From Lama guanicoe (lineage: Eukaryota): 63,410 bases of DNA. The translations under genes and the position numbers were made by a program. The stretch lies in NCBI GenBank assembly GCA_013239625.1, contig MU053934.1:582074-645483 (forward strand), given 5' to 3'. Every line of letters begins with the position of its first letter. Position 1 is the stretch's first letter. Of the stretch, positions 11,230 to 24,083 are shown in pieces. Below the pieces are notes generated by a model. The model ran no database searches and had not been told where the DNA came from. It saw only the letters and a list, made by a program, of their open reading frames with translations.

Positions 11230-11829
11230 TTCCAGCTTATCCAAGTATCTTCCTACACAAAGGCAGTTCCCTCTTTCAGAGGGATTTTCATCCCAGTTCT
11301 TAAGATAAATGTTTCCTACGTAAATACATTTTAGACCAAGTTCCATGGAGGTAGAGACGAAACCCAGAAGTGATGAAGTGACTTGCGTAAGGGCGTGTGG
11401 CTTACAAACTGTGGAGTCAGAATCTGACTCCAGGTCTTGCTAAATGCTGAGCTCTTCCCAATACTGGATACTAATTCACCCCTGTCTCCAAGTCTGCTCC
11501 TTAAAACAGTGGCCTCCCCACGCTACCACCCCAGAAAAGAATGAAGAGCTAACATTCAGCTACCTGCCACAAGGACCACCAGTGGGTGGCTATTTCAAAG
11601 GGTACAGTTGTTTGATACCTCAAGGCTAAAACAGGGTGCGGGTAAACGTTTGCAGAGATAAGATCAGGATGTGTGATAGCCCAACACCTTTGACACCTGG
11701 CCCCAAATGACATTTCCAGTCTCCGCTCCTTCTTACGAAGGGCACACTCCAGGAACCTGGGATTCCTCAGTACTTCAGGGCTCTCAAGGAGGGAGTCACC
11801 TTGTATCTTTGTTTTCAGAATCCAAACAA

Positions 11830-12573
11830 ATTTTTATTTTTATTTATTTATTTATTTTTATTGAAATACAGTCGATTTACAACGTGTCTCTGCACAGCAC
11901 ACATTTAGTCTCTGGTGTACAGCACAGTGTTTCAGTTATACACATAAATATATTCTTTTTCATTATGGGTAACTACAAGATATTGAGTACAGTTCCCTGT
12001 GCTAGACAGTAGGTCCTTGTTGCTTATCTATTTTATGTATAGTAGTGTGTACCTGCTAATCCCAAACTCTCAGTTTATCCCTCCCACACCTTTATCCCCT
12101 GGTAACCACAAGTGTGTTTTCTATGTCTGTGAGTCTATTTCTGTTTTGTAAGTAAGTTCATTTGTGTCATTTTTTTAGATTCCACATATAAGGGATAGCA
12201 CATGGTATTTTTCTTTCTCTTTCTGGCTTATTTCATTTAGTATGACATTCTCCAGGTCCATCCATGTTGCTGCAAATGGCATTATTTCATTCCTTTTTAT
12301 GGCTGAGTAGTATTCCATTATGTATATATACATACACATACACATCACATCTTCTTTATCCATTCATCTGTTGATGGACAATTAGGTTGTTTCCATGTCT
12401 TGGCTACTGTAAATAGTGCTGCTATGAACATTGGGGTGCATGTATCTTTTTCAAATTAGAGTTTTCTCCAGATATATGCCCAGGGATGGAATTGCAGGAT
12501 CACAGGGTAAGTCTATTTTTAGTTTTTTAAAGAATCTCCATAGTTTTCCATAGTGGCTGCACCAAATCACATT
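11830..12573 (-). mobile_element. L1 LINE 3' fragment (ORF2 C-terminus plus 3'UTR), artiodactyl/camelid type
   Basis: T-rich tail at the left; minus-strand ORFs give YIMEYYSAIKRNEIMPFAATWMDLE and LKIDLPCDPAIPSLGIY, matching the L1 ORF2 C-terminus. Confidence 0.93.
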
Positions 12574-12639
12574 CAGGAGAGGTGACTTTGAACCAAGCAT
12601 GCTGTGCCTTATGTGAACTAAGAATGAATCGTCCCAGTA

Positions 12640-12765
12640 TCCCATGAGACGTGGACTCTTTATGCTCATTCTACAGACAATCAAACCGACTCGCAGGAAT
12701 GTTCTGCGACTTGCCCGGTCACCCAGCTAGGAGGTGGCAAAGCTAGGATTCAGTTCCAGTCCCTG
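12640..12765 (-). mobile_element. MIR fragment
   Basis: ctcattctacagac..gacttgcccggtcacccagctaggaggtggcaaagctaggattca. Confidence 0.65.
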
Positions 12766-14770
12766 TAACGACAGATTCCCCCTTCATTTCGGCTCCTGTG
12801 GTTCCCTATGCTCAAGTGCCCTTTTCCTGCAGCAAGGTCTGGCTCAAACCACCTTTTCTGTGAAGTCAAAAAGGCTCTCTCTCTTTTCATAAAACCAATC
12901 ACTCCTTCCTTCCGTCACCCATGAACTTTAGACACCATCTACCTTGTACTTACCGTGAAGTGTCAGAATCCACTGCTTATGGGTCTATTACCTCCAGGAC
13001 AGCCTGTGCCTCATCATGGGACACGCGATGCCTGGTCCACGCGTCCACTTCAGTTCCTGGTACAGTATCAGGCACACAGGCATCACTCAATACATGTCTG
13101 TTGATTGAATGAAATAATCAACCCCCATCTCGACACCCCAGTTTTTGCTCTGAGTCCCTCTTCCCCACCAGCTTCCCTCTTCTGTATTCCCATGGTCCTC
13201 CCCATGGGTGGATTCCTCCACCAATCTGTTTGCGTGGAGAGAGGCCAAGTGCGTTGCTTTGACTGTAGCTTGGTAACACCAACTGTCACCTCTCCACTCT
13301 TATTAATTGCTGGGTTAATCAAGCACTCCAAAGTGTGCCCAGCCACGTGCCCATGAAAGCATTTCTGGATGGCCAGGAAAACAAACCAGGTTTAAGCTGA
13401 AGCAAAAGACATCATCTCACAGCTGCCTGGACCACGCATGACTGGCCCTATTTTTCAGAATGTCTGGGTCTAAGTCAGATCAGATGGAAGAATCATTTTG
13501 GTCAAAATCTCAGCCATCCCCAGCTTCTACATGGCAGACAGGTATCAGAGTGGACTCTCATGCGCTTTCTCACTGAGCGCCTGCATAGTACTATGAGACT
13601 GCTATTCTTATGCTGGCTCTCAGATAGGGAAACTGAGGCTCATCTGAGAAACAGACTGCAGATTTGCCCAGGGTCACCAAGCGGAATGAGACAAAGCTCA
13701 CATCCCAACTCACTCCTCATCGCTGCAAGAGTCATGCCGAATCCCCGCCCTGCGGGACCCGAAGGTCACAGTCTTGCCTCTTCCGTGTGTCCTGGCTCAC
13801 TGACTGGCCAGGTTCTGGTCACTGCAGGACTGCCTTGTGCACTTGACCTTTTCTTTGCTCTGTAGAAGTTCCACCTCCCCTCCCAGATGTCACAGGTTAA
13901 GATGTTCTCATCTGAACCTTGAGCAAGAACTTGCTTCCCAATTCTGAAAAAAACTTTCCATAGCAAGGTCTTTGTTCCCTCTTAGGACACAGGCGTTGGG
14001 TACAGGTGCTTCTCTCTCCCTCACTCATACCTGCTATGCACCCTTCTGTGGGCAGTGAACACAGAGGTAGAAGGACAGAAGAAAGAGGGAAAGACTACGT
14101 ATGTCCATGTACTTTTTAGGCTGCTGATTGCAAAGGATGAATGTTATTCTTCCCAACTGTCCCCTTCTACTTTATAAGCAGCTTTTTTTTTTTTTTTTAC
14201 ATTCAATTCAGATGCCACAGAGGCCGCCGGGCCACCTTGTAATGACATATCCTGACAGGTTCCCATATGGAGAGTCTAACATTCCAGACGCCTCCCCATG
14301 TACCAGGTTTCCAGAAGCACAGTTACCAGCCCCCCTGGGGCCGGAAAAGGAGTCCCTCACACAAGGCAGGCTCTCTGCACATTTTCCTGCCCAGCTTTAC
14401 GAGCAAACCGCTCCAAACCCGCAGCAGCCCGGGAGCCCCCAGGGGTTCCTGTGCTGTGTCTCCAGGTAAAGTCACCTCCGGCTCTCGAACGAGCAGGTGG
14501 ACAATTTGAAGGGAAGGTGAGCACCTGTGTAGGAAGCCTGACCCTGAAGCCTCACCACCTGGAGAGGAATTTGAGAAATGGAAAGCAAAACAATTTGGAT
14601 GATCAAGTGTCCCAAACGTGGGTAATAAATGCACCCTTTTAAAAGGGAGGGGGAGCTGGTTTAAAAGCAGAGGTCTCATTCGATGAAACTATATTTCAAG
14701 TGCAAATGAGCAAGGCTCAGAATCTTGGCAAGGCTTTGTTTTATTTATCCTAAAAATATAAGCCCCACAC

Positions 14771-14869
14771 TTTATTGACTGACTTTTTTTTAAATGGAGG
14801 TACCAAGGATTGAACCCAGGACCTCATATGTGCTAGGCACGCGCTCTGCCACTGAGCTCTACCCTCACC
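14771..14869 (-). mobile_element. tRNA-Ala-derived SINE (camelid vic-1-like)
   Basis: Minus strand reads ggtgagggtagagctcagtggcagagcgcgtgcctagcacatatgaggtcctgggttcaatccttggtacctcca plus an A tail; A/B boxes; similar to three other copies in the window. Confidence 0.85.
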
Positions 14870-16339
14870 AGCAGACCCCAATTTAAACAGTGTTGCTCCC
14901 TCTTCCAGAACACAGACTACAGACCCATGGATCCCATTCTGAGAAAGACCCATCTACCGGGTCCATTTCACCACAGCTGAGCCTGGAGGGTTCAAGAAAC
15001 AAGTGACACTGTATTGTTAACAAGGCGTCAAAGGGGCAGGGGATGAAATAGGGGCCTGATGCCAGTGATTGCCCCCCTGAGTGTGGACACGTCCACACTC
15101 ACCTCTGGGACCGGTCCCCCAGGATGCTAAGCAGATGCTGCAAAAGCCCTCAGGCCCGTAACAACCAGAATGGACAGATGACACGGAGCCCAGTCTCCCC
15201 CAGAGCAGGTCCAGCCAAACACCTTTTCTGCAGCAGCAAGGCCACCTCTGTCCTTCACTGCTCCCTGTCCTTCTGCATAAAGACCTACGGCCACTGAGCC
15301 TGTGTCTAAGGCTGGCCCATTCGCTATGCACCTCTGCCAGGCCGCTGGCACCCCTGTCCCCAGCAGTCAGAACGGGGCCGGGGACGGAGGCACAGGAGGG
15401 CCAGGAGGCTTCCTCGCAGGGGACATGGTTAAAGCTTAGGAAAAACACCCAGGATGAAATTCCGTGAGGAGAGTGGGGGGCTCACTCGTAAGTAAAACCC
15501 AAACAGCAATGCTGACCCTTGTCATATAAACTAACAAAGGAGGGGGGACAACGCACTTTGCAGACACGAGCTCCATGCATTCCACAGAACAACCAAATGC
15601 ACTCGGTGACCTCCCTCCAGCATCTCCAGCAAACTCCTGAGACTCCATCTGGCCCCAACAGGGGCGCATCCCGCACTCACAGAATGGCGCCGAAATGTTT
15701 ATTTTCTTCCGCCATCCTACTTTCTTTGCTAGGATTACCTCGAACTCCAGGAGCCCCAAAAGTATGGGGATTCCAACAGACGGATCGAGCACTCTTTTTA
15801 ATTTATTGCTCCATAATCCGATTTTCCTCTGTTGGACCACACGTCGCCCTGGCCTCTTCACAAAGCCACAGGGGCCACGGGGCGTGACATACAGCTGGAT
15901 GAGTTATGTGGAAAATGGGAAAACAGTCAGTCTGGGACCCGACTGACGAATCAGTAACACGAGAAGGTCGGGATAGAACTTGTTTAAAGATCTCCTCGGC
16001 CGCCGGCCCTGGAGGAGCCTGTGCTGTGGGGAGTTATCTTCACGTTTCAGGCTCAGCAACATAAGAGCCTCCCTGTGTGATATGGTGGAAGGGGTGAGGC
16101 AGAAACCTGTAACGCCGGCTGCGCGGGGAAGTACCCCTCCAGGGCCAGGCCGATGCTCGGCTGCCACCTCGTAACCACCCTGCGAAGTAGGTTTTAGTGT
16201 TCCTGTGGCAGCGCTAGAAAATGCAAATTGAATGAGAGCAGGTAGCTCACCCAGGGTCACAGGGGAGGTAAGCAACAGAGACCCCGCATCACCATTTCTC
16301 AATGTCACCTGTCTCTGTCGCCCTAGCCGAGTCACCCTC

Positions 16340-16913
16340 CTCTTCTGCCTGAGTCAAAGCCCCCCCACATCAAAGCCCCTGCTTCCCTCTTCGCTCGCCA
16401 TGGGTGATCCTCAACACAGGAGTGGCCCCAAGGCCCCTGATAAATGAGCAACTCCGGCCATTCCTCCAACGGCCCCAGTCCACGAGGGCCTGAACGACTG
16501 GGCCCTCATTCCTCTCTGACCTCATCCCCCACAACTTTCCTCTCTGCTCCCTCCTCGTGGCCTCTCAATTAGCGACTGAGAAATGGCCTCAGGGCCTTTG
16601 CACTTACCTCAGCCTCCTCCATATGAGTCTCCATGACTCATCTCATCACCTTGTCAGGTGTGTGCTCAAATCACCTTTCCTGAGCATCCTCTGTGACCAA
16701 CTTAACACCTGCAAACTCTAACCCCCTCCCCTCCGACACACACGTGCACCTCCCTTCCTCCCATCACTTTACTTCTTGCATGTATTAGCCTGTCTTGGTC
16801 TCCCTTAGCTAGAATATAAGCTCCCCGAGGACAGGGAGCTCTATCACTCCATGTGTATTACTTAGAGCAGTGCCTCACACATAGCAGCAGTCAGTAAATG
16901 TCTGAGATGAATC
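16340..16913 (+). mobile_element. L2 LINE 3' region
   Basis: cctcagggcctttgcactt..gctcaaatcacc..ctagaatataagctccccgaggacaggga..agcagtgcctcacacatag..agtaaatgt..gatgaat. Confidence 0.75.
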
Positions 16914-18844
16914 AAAAAAAAAAAAGATTTAAAGGCAGGTGTGCCACAAGGTGGTCTCTGATCACAGTACCACCTCTCCCCCCCTCAACCTGAGTGTAAG
17001 CTCCATGAGGGGGGATCTGAGCCCCCAGAACGGGCCTCAGTCCACACGGATTCCTCCCACTGACTCATCATTAATGAGCTGTCCCTCTAGGATGTGGGAA
17101 TGCATCACTTTGAAGAAAGCACTTGTGTATTTAACAAGAACGTGGTCCTGGCCCACCGCACGCACGGGTCCTCTGGTGGCATTACAGAGTGTGCTCTTCA
17201 CACCACGTTGCGGGTGAGTCCGCCCAGGAGAAGCTGCCCACTTACCAAACCCCACACCTCCCCTGAGGCCCTGGCACCGAGCCCGCCCCGGCAGAGAAGC
17301 CAACATGGGGAGGCCTGGGCCGCACCCAAGCCACTGTGAGTGTGGCCAGTGTGTCACCACCACACGAGGAATCAATCAGTGGGAGCCAGGCAAGGCCAGA
17401 TCGGGGAGGCCCCAAAACCAGATGTCACTGTACCACGGAGCCGCCCGATTGGCCAGGTCGCCGCTCACACTGCTGAGGGCTGCCACCCACCCTCTGACTG
17501 GCCTGCCGCAAGTCATCATCCCGGCCACGGCACACACGCCAGAAGCCAAGGGACGGTGACGGGACGGCCTCCAGGCTTCCTGACGGCTCAGGTCCACCTC
17601 CTTCCTGGCTCTGAAGCCCCAGCTCCCTGCAGGTCTGAGGTCCTGCCCAGCATCAAGGCTAAGTCCCCAGGCCCGTGACTGCACTGGGGCACCGGGGAGA
17701 CTTCCCGGCAGAAACATTCGTTTAATAAAAGAACAGGTAAGAATCTGGGAGGAATGGGAATACTAAATGGAGCGTGTCAGTGCTGAGCAGGGCAGTTTTC
17801 AAATGGTAACTCCTTCCATCCCAGTGCCCTGAGTAAGCGCGACTATCCCCATTTCACCTGCGTGGAAACCGAGGCTCAGACAGCAAGAAGTTACCCGCCC
17901 CAGCCGGGGAGCAGCCGCACCTGCCGTCACCCCAGTGTCCACGGACAGGATGTCTCTCACAAGCAACACTGTCTTCCATAGAGCTGCACAGAATCCATCC
18001 CTTTCTAAGTGGCTGAAAATATAATCAAGTGGCCACTGAGCCACCGTATCATAAGCTGGGGTGCTAGGGGATCCCCTGCGGAGGGGAGCAGCTGAAACCC
18101 CAGACTTGAGTCCAGGAGCACCGAGGGAGGCAGACACCCCTCCCTTCGATGCTCACAGGACACGGTGGAGGCAACGGGACTTTGCAGCCCTAAGCCCCCA
18201 GTGCAAATCAATCCCACTAAGCCTCAGCCTGTCCACCTGTGAAATGGGAACGTTTATTCATCCCACGGTTGCGGTCAGGACCTAGTGATTTTGATGAAGC
18301 ACTAAAAGGTCTGTTAATGTGCTTTGTGACCTGTAAAAGGCTTTTAAAACAAAATTAAAATTACGATGAAATCTGGCGAGGGGTGAGTGAGTTCACCAGA
18401 GCTACATCTTCCTACTCAAGCTGGAGTCCCACCAAACACCATGCAAGACACAAATGCAGCCCTTATGAAGGCCCTTCAGGAGACACCAAACCCTGAGGGG
18501 GTCGCCCTGAATTATAATCTCCCCCATTAGCCTCTCACGTAAGTAGCCAAAGTGAGTTACAGGCGGCACCCCTCCTCTCTGATCCACAGGACGCTGCCCT
18601 GGGGCAGTCCTGCCCCCAACCTGGTGCTCGGCAAAGACACATGGACCCAATACATCCCTACTTCTCCCTTTGCATAAGCTCAGCCATTCCCCCCAAGGCC
18701 ATCCCTCTTTCACTACGTTCCTCAGACCTGAGTGACCAGGAGCCACCTGCATAGAAAAGAAGTTGGCAAGGAACTCTGTTTTACCTTGAATTGCTTTTAT
18801 TTCAATTTTTTAAGCATTAAAATGTAAAAGATTAAAATAAAAAA

Positions 18845-18960
18845 ATTCACATAATATTCACTGAGTGCTAAGTGCCAGGCACTGGTTAAACGGTGCAGGA
18901 CACAGCAGTGCGGACGGGAACAAAAGGACACGCCCTGCCCTCAAGAAGATTCCAGTCCAG
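18845..18960 (-). mobile_element. L2 3' end fragment
   Basis: aatattcactgagtgctaagtgccaggcact..ggacacagcagtg..ccctgccctcaag. Confidence 0.65.
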
Positions 18961-19507
18961 CAATTAACCAAAGAGAGAAATGAACTAAAACATCCCACAT
19001 AAGCCATAAAAATCAACTGGGAAAATGACCTGAAAGGTCTTTAGAAACACAGAAGGCAAGTTTCGACATGGGCGAGGTGGTGAGAGAGGGCTGAGGGAAG
19101 ACTAAATAAATTGAGAGCGAGGTGAGAGCAGGAGTGACCCAGGATGGGAGTGGTGGGGAAGGAAACAGAATTCTGAGCCAAGAGAAGAGACTTCAGAGGA
19201 GGGACACGTGCCCAGGGCTCGTGGCTCTACAACCACCTTGAAGCAAAGCAAACTGACAAGGTGCCTTTTTCTTGTCCAGTTTAACATCAAAACGAGTTTC
19301 AACTGCCTGAATGTGATAATGGATGCTAAGCCTAGCCCACCACTTTCCTGAGGGAGTCTCGTGGGCCCTGCTCAGGTCAGCTGGTGCCCCCAGCCTCATG
19401 CCTTCCTGATGCTGGCAACACTGTGAAACGACCTGGACGCCCCCTTCACCCCTGCCCGCTTTGTGAGCTTCCCTCCACTGAAGAGGTGCCACTTGGTGCC
19501 AAAGCGC

Positions 19508-19659
19508 TGACTCACCGGTGCCAATCCAGCAGTGTTTGGTGACTCAGGGTCACACTGGTGACCCAGAGGATACTTAGATTAACTTGAAATGACGTGAAAA
19601 TGTCAATTAAAAAAAATGTAAATGGAAGAACAAAAATTCAATTTAAAAACAGTGACTCA
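19508..19659. promoter_or_regulatory. Candidate intronic enhancer: AP-1 site cluster
   Basis: TGACTCA at 19508, 19540 and 19653; TGACGTGA at 19590; GGGTCA-N6-TGACCC at 19547-19564. Confidence 0.45.
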
Positions 19660-20777
19660 GAGAACACCTACAACGTGCAGGAACACTAAGAAACAAGCTC
19701 CTAGAAGGTCATCTTCTTCCCTTCCACTTTGTCCAAATCTTCTGTGATCCCCCCAAAACCCCTCCCTGCTGTATCTTCAACTGCTTCTCCATTCCCCTTC
19801 CAAGCCAAGAAACGATGTGCACTTGGTGGGTCCATGTAACAAGGGTGTTTATGGATCACAGATGGCGGTGAGAAAGTGGCCAAAGTTTGAGCCCCTCCCA
19901 TCTATAAAGCACCTTCACATACACCCTCACACAGTCCTCACAACAGCCTTGAAAACACATCTCACCCTTTTGAGAGATGGGAAAACTGGTGGTGTTTTCA
20001 GCAGCTTAAAGTCAGCCGCACACTGAGTCAAGGGTCCAAATTAAATTGAGGTTTTGCCTGACCCTAAAGAAAACCCGATCTTTGGAAGCAGGACTGGGCT
20101 CAGTGAGCCGATGGGGCACCTGCCTCTCAGAATTTCCCCGAGCTCTCTCTAGAAGTGCCATGGTTCTTTTAATTACATGGACTCTTCCTCCAGCCCCTTC
20201 ATTCAATATAAATGAAAACAATCCTTATTCCATCACATCGTCCTCCCGTCTTGTCAGGTTTGCAAGCGTAGCCATTTGACAACTCCCAGGGCAGAGGCCC
20301 AGGAAGGTAACTCCCATCCCAGATGCCTGTGTACCGCCCAGGAATCCTCAGCATCCTTCATGACATCCTTCTCGATGGGAGAAGAGAAAACGCATGCTTC
20401 GGAGTCCATCCATTTCATAAGTTTGAGATTTTGGAGCTGGACAAAGACACCTTTGGAAAACTCTGCAAAACGCCTTCCGTAAATAAACTTTGTCTTTTCT
20501 TGAGCTGTTTGGAGGTTCCAGCAGGGGCAGAAGCCAGGCTCTCCTCAAATGGGACGTCTGTTCCCATAATCACAACCAACTTATGTCAACATCGCTGATG
20601 GAGAACATTCCATGTGGGGAGGTGGGCTCTCGGGGTCCTGCAGGGGCTCACCGACAGGCAGGAAAAGAGACCCCACCAACGCTCAGAGGCACCAACTTAC
20701 ATGAGACACCAGCGTCACAGACACGCTCCCGCTGCCAGTGTCGCCACAAGATGCGGGGGTCCTTTGAATGAGGTCTT

Positions 20778-20911
20778 TTTAAAAATTTTTTCGGTGGGGA
20801 GGCAATTAGATGCTTTTGTTTTTTTTTTTTTTACATGGAGATTCTGGGGATCAGACCCAGGACCTCATGCATGATAAGCATGCACTCGACCACTGAGTTA
20901 CACCCTCCCCC
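20778..20911 (-). mobile_element. tRNA-Ala-derived SINE (vic-1-like), with tail and TSD
   Basis: tRNA-like head, aattgcctcccc..A-rich tail, exact 11-bp TSD AATGAGGTCTT at 20767-20777 and 20915-20925. Confidence 0.9.
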
Positions 20912-21319
20912 TCAAATGAGGTCTTGAGTGGAGAGTGGAATCGCGTGATGAAGATGGAGGAGGAGAGACGTGAACGGAAGTAGATCCATTCACTGGGCAT
21001 TTACGGAGTGCTCCGTGTGCACGAGGTACTAGGCTTTTTTAATTCCAGAAATACCGTGTGGTCCAGGAAGGCAGACACAGTCCCCGTCCCTGGCACGTGT
21101 GCAAAACCACAGGATAAACACACAGGCCAAAAATTCCCCGCCACATCAGTGCTGAGAGGGAGCCCCCACCCACCTCCAGATCCACCAGCTCCTCTTGGGG
21201 CCAGGGGACAACAATGGTGGGTGGCCCTGCACAGAGAAGGGATGGGGGCCCAGGGGCCCGTGAGTGCCTGCTGTGCGCCAGGCAGTTAGTATAGCCCGGG
21301 GGAGGCGGGAAGAGCATGT

Positions 21320-21497
21320 GGCTGGGAGTTCAAATCCTAGGTTCTCCCCCCACCAGCCCTGTAATCTGGGGCAAATTATCAGTGTTATAAGTGGGGTCGT
21401 CATCATGTTGATCCTATCACAGGGCTTTTTTTGTGCGGACTTAAATGTCAAACAAATCCATTCATACAGAGGTTTAAAAGAGTGCCTGGCACATAGT
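21320..21497 (+). mobile_element. MIR SINE
   Basis: gagttcaaatcctagg..ctgtaatctggggcaaatta..agagtgcctggcacatagt. Confidence 0.65.
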
Positions 21498-21544
21498 TTT
21501 TTTTTTAAAAAAAAAAAAGAAAAAATGCTAGCTGTTTTTTTGAA

Positions 21545-22135
21545 ATGAACCTGTACAACCCTAGGATGTGGATTTTTTAATATTGAAGCACAGCTGATTT
21601 ACAATGTTGTGTTAGTTTCAGGTGGACAACAAAGTTATTCAGTTATACATGAATATTCTTTTTCACATTATTTTCCATTGTAAGTCCATACAAGATATTG
21701 AATATAGTTCCCTATGCTGTACAGTAGGTCCTTGTTGTCTATTTTATACATAGTAGTGTGCATCTGTTAATCCCAAACTCCTAATTTATCCCTTCCCCTT
21801 TGGTAACCGTAAGTTTGTTTTGTATGTCTGTGAGTCTGTTTCTGTTTTGTAAATAAGTGCATTTGTATCATTTTTTTAGATTCCACATATAAGTGATATG
21901 GTGATATTTGTCTTTCTCTGTCTGACTTAACTTCACTTAGTGTGATAATCTCTAGGTCCATCCAAGTTGCTGCAAATGGCATTATTTCATTCTTTTTTAT
22001 GGCTGAATAATATTTCTAGGATGTGGACTTTATCCCTGTTTCACAGATGAAGAGACTGAGGCTCAGGAAGCGATTAAGGAACTTCACCAAATCTCACAGG
22101 TAAATGCTGGAGTCGGGATTCAGATCTGGGTCACG
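21545..22135 (-). mobile_element. MIR SINE split by an L1 insertion
   Basis: acaaccctaggatgtgga | tatccctgtttcacagatgaagagactgaggctcagg..ggattcagatctgggtc joins across the L1. Confidence 0.65.
21577..22015 (-). mobile_element. 5'-truncated L1 3' end with TSD
   Basis: MPFAATWMDLEIITLSEV (ORF2 C-terminus) plus 3'UTR; 16-bp TSD CTAGGATGTGGA(T/C)TTT at 21561-21576 and 22016-22031. Confidence 0.93.
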
Positions 22136-23619
22136 TTGGGAGTCTTCCGTATGTAGTTTCAAAAACCTCAAGCTTTGGGCTACCATGGGCTATTTCATAT
22201 CTATCTGTAGAATTCCTAAGACGATTCAAGAGGACCATCATCTTGGTGATTAGCCAGCCTCCTTAGGCAACAATTTCTCAAGTTCTTTAGAACAAAGAGG
22301 GTCGTAATTCCTTTCGTTGCACCGCCTTGGTCTTCCCAAAGTGACCAGCGCTAGGGAAGCTGGAAAGAAAGAGGTTAGCAGACTCTAGAGATTCCAATGT
22401 TCACAGTTTTATTGGTCACAGCAGCTCAGAAGATTCACCGCCAGTGCCCCCCTCATCCAACAGGTCAGAACAATAAACATTTATAACCGAGCAGCCATCG
22501 TGTCCCAAAAGCCACGCGGGCTGCTGTATAGTCACATCTCCTCTGCACTCTGGCCACCTGCTCCTCCCTTATCTAATTCAGACTCCTCATTTGAGACTCA
22601 TTTCAGGGTTTACCACTTCCAGAAGGTGTTATCTTTCTAGGTCATATCAAAGGCATCTCCTTTGTGGTCTCCCAAATACTTACAAATATTTCCTCTCTCT
22701 CCATCACGGACTTGCCTCATTGTTTTATAAGCATCAGTCCAAGAATATGTCTCCTTAACCACACTACGACTGCCATTCTGATGTGAATGACGCCATCATT
22801 CCTTTTAAGAGATTTATTCGTATTTTCCTTGAACAGACATCTTTTGAGCACCTACTACGTGCCAAGCCTCATGCTATACGTTAGTGATAGAGAAATGAAT
22901 GGAGAAGATGTCAATCTAACAGGTGAGACAGGGAGTGGAATGAGACTTTGATGTCACTGCATGGCTTTAGCAAGGAACCTACTCTTGCTGGCTTGGTTAA
23001 TTTACCTGCAAAATTGAATGAACATTAGTATCTGTTACTGTCTGTAAGGATGAGGATGAGGATTACATGAACTCATGCCCACATGGTGAGCAAGCGCATC
23101 CAAGGCACTCAGTAGGGAGCCAAATACAGGTTGGTAGTTTGGTTAATTCTTTGTGATGAACATTGTAAATACTGGTTATTATCAAAGAGGTGGTGTTGCC
23201 TTCTGATACCAAAGTAACTTTATGTCTTGGCTTTTTTTTTTTTTGGTACAATGAAAGCAAAGCAAAGTCATTAGCTATTTAATGGGAAATTGGCATCATG
23301 CATTGGCTTTGATGAGAAATCAGTTTTGAAACATCACATATTCTAAACTCAGAAACCTAGTCAATGCTTCTCTAATCTAAACTGTGATAATGTAGTCTAA
23401 AACATCTTTTCAAAAGACCACCCTCTCCTGAGGCTTTCTCTGATCACTCACCCAGAAGACTCTCCCTCCTTAAACTCCCCTTACTAAGTTCTTTCTTAGG
23501 ACAGGCAGTACTTTCTCAACCCTGCCCTGGCCCTCCCACCACCATCACCAAACTCTTTCACCAAGACTTCTTTCATACAGGATGCACATCAAAGAGGAAT
23601 CATATCAATATCCCACTGC

Positions 23620-24083
23620 ACCAGCCAACCACTGCATAATCGTGTCATGTAACACATCACCCTGCAAAGCAGTGTCTTGAGGCAAGTCATTGATTTTCAC
23701 TCATGCACCTGCAGGTCAGCTGGGACTCGGCTGACCTACGGTGGGACTGGCTTTTCACTGAAGACTCTGGGGTTGGCTGGGCAGCTCTGTTCCAAGTGTC
23801 TCTCATCCTCATCCTGCCTCTCCTTGGGCAACAGGCTACCAGGGTATGCTGTTCTCTCAGCAAAGGTGAAGAGGCAGGAAAACAAAAAAGGAGAAACATT
23901 CAAGGTCTTCTAAGTGCTAGGCTCTGACCTAGTACACCATCCCCTCTGCGTCATCCTTCAGGTCAAAGAAAGCCACACGGTGAAGCCCAAGTCAAAAGCT
24001 GCAGAAATATAAAACCACAATCTTTGGCTAGAAATTCAGAAATGTGTGAAGAATTGGGGTCATTCATATAAACAATGAATCAC
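23620..24083 (-). mobile_element. Old MLT1 (G/H-like) MaLR LTR
   Basis: ctgcaggtcagctggg..gctctgttccaagtgtctctcatcctc..ctaggctctgacctagtacaccatc..ggtcaaagaaagccacacggtgaagcccaagtcaa. Confidence 0.65.
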
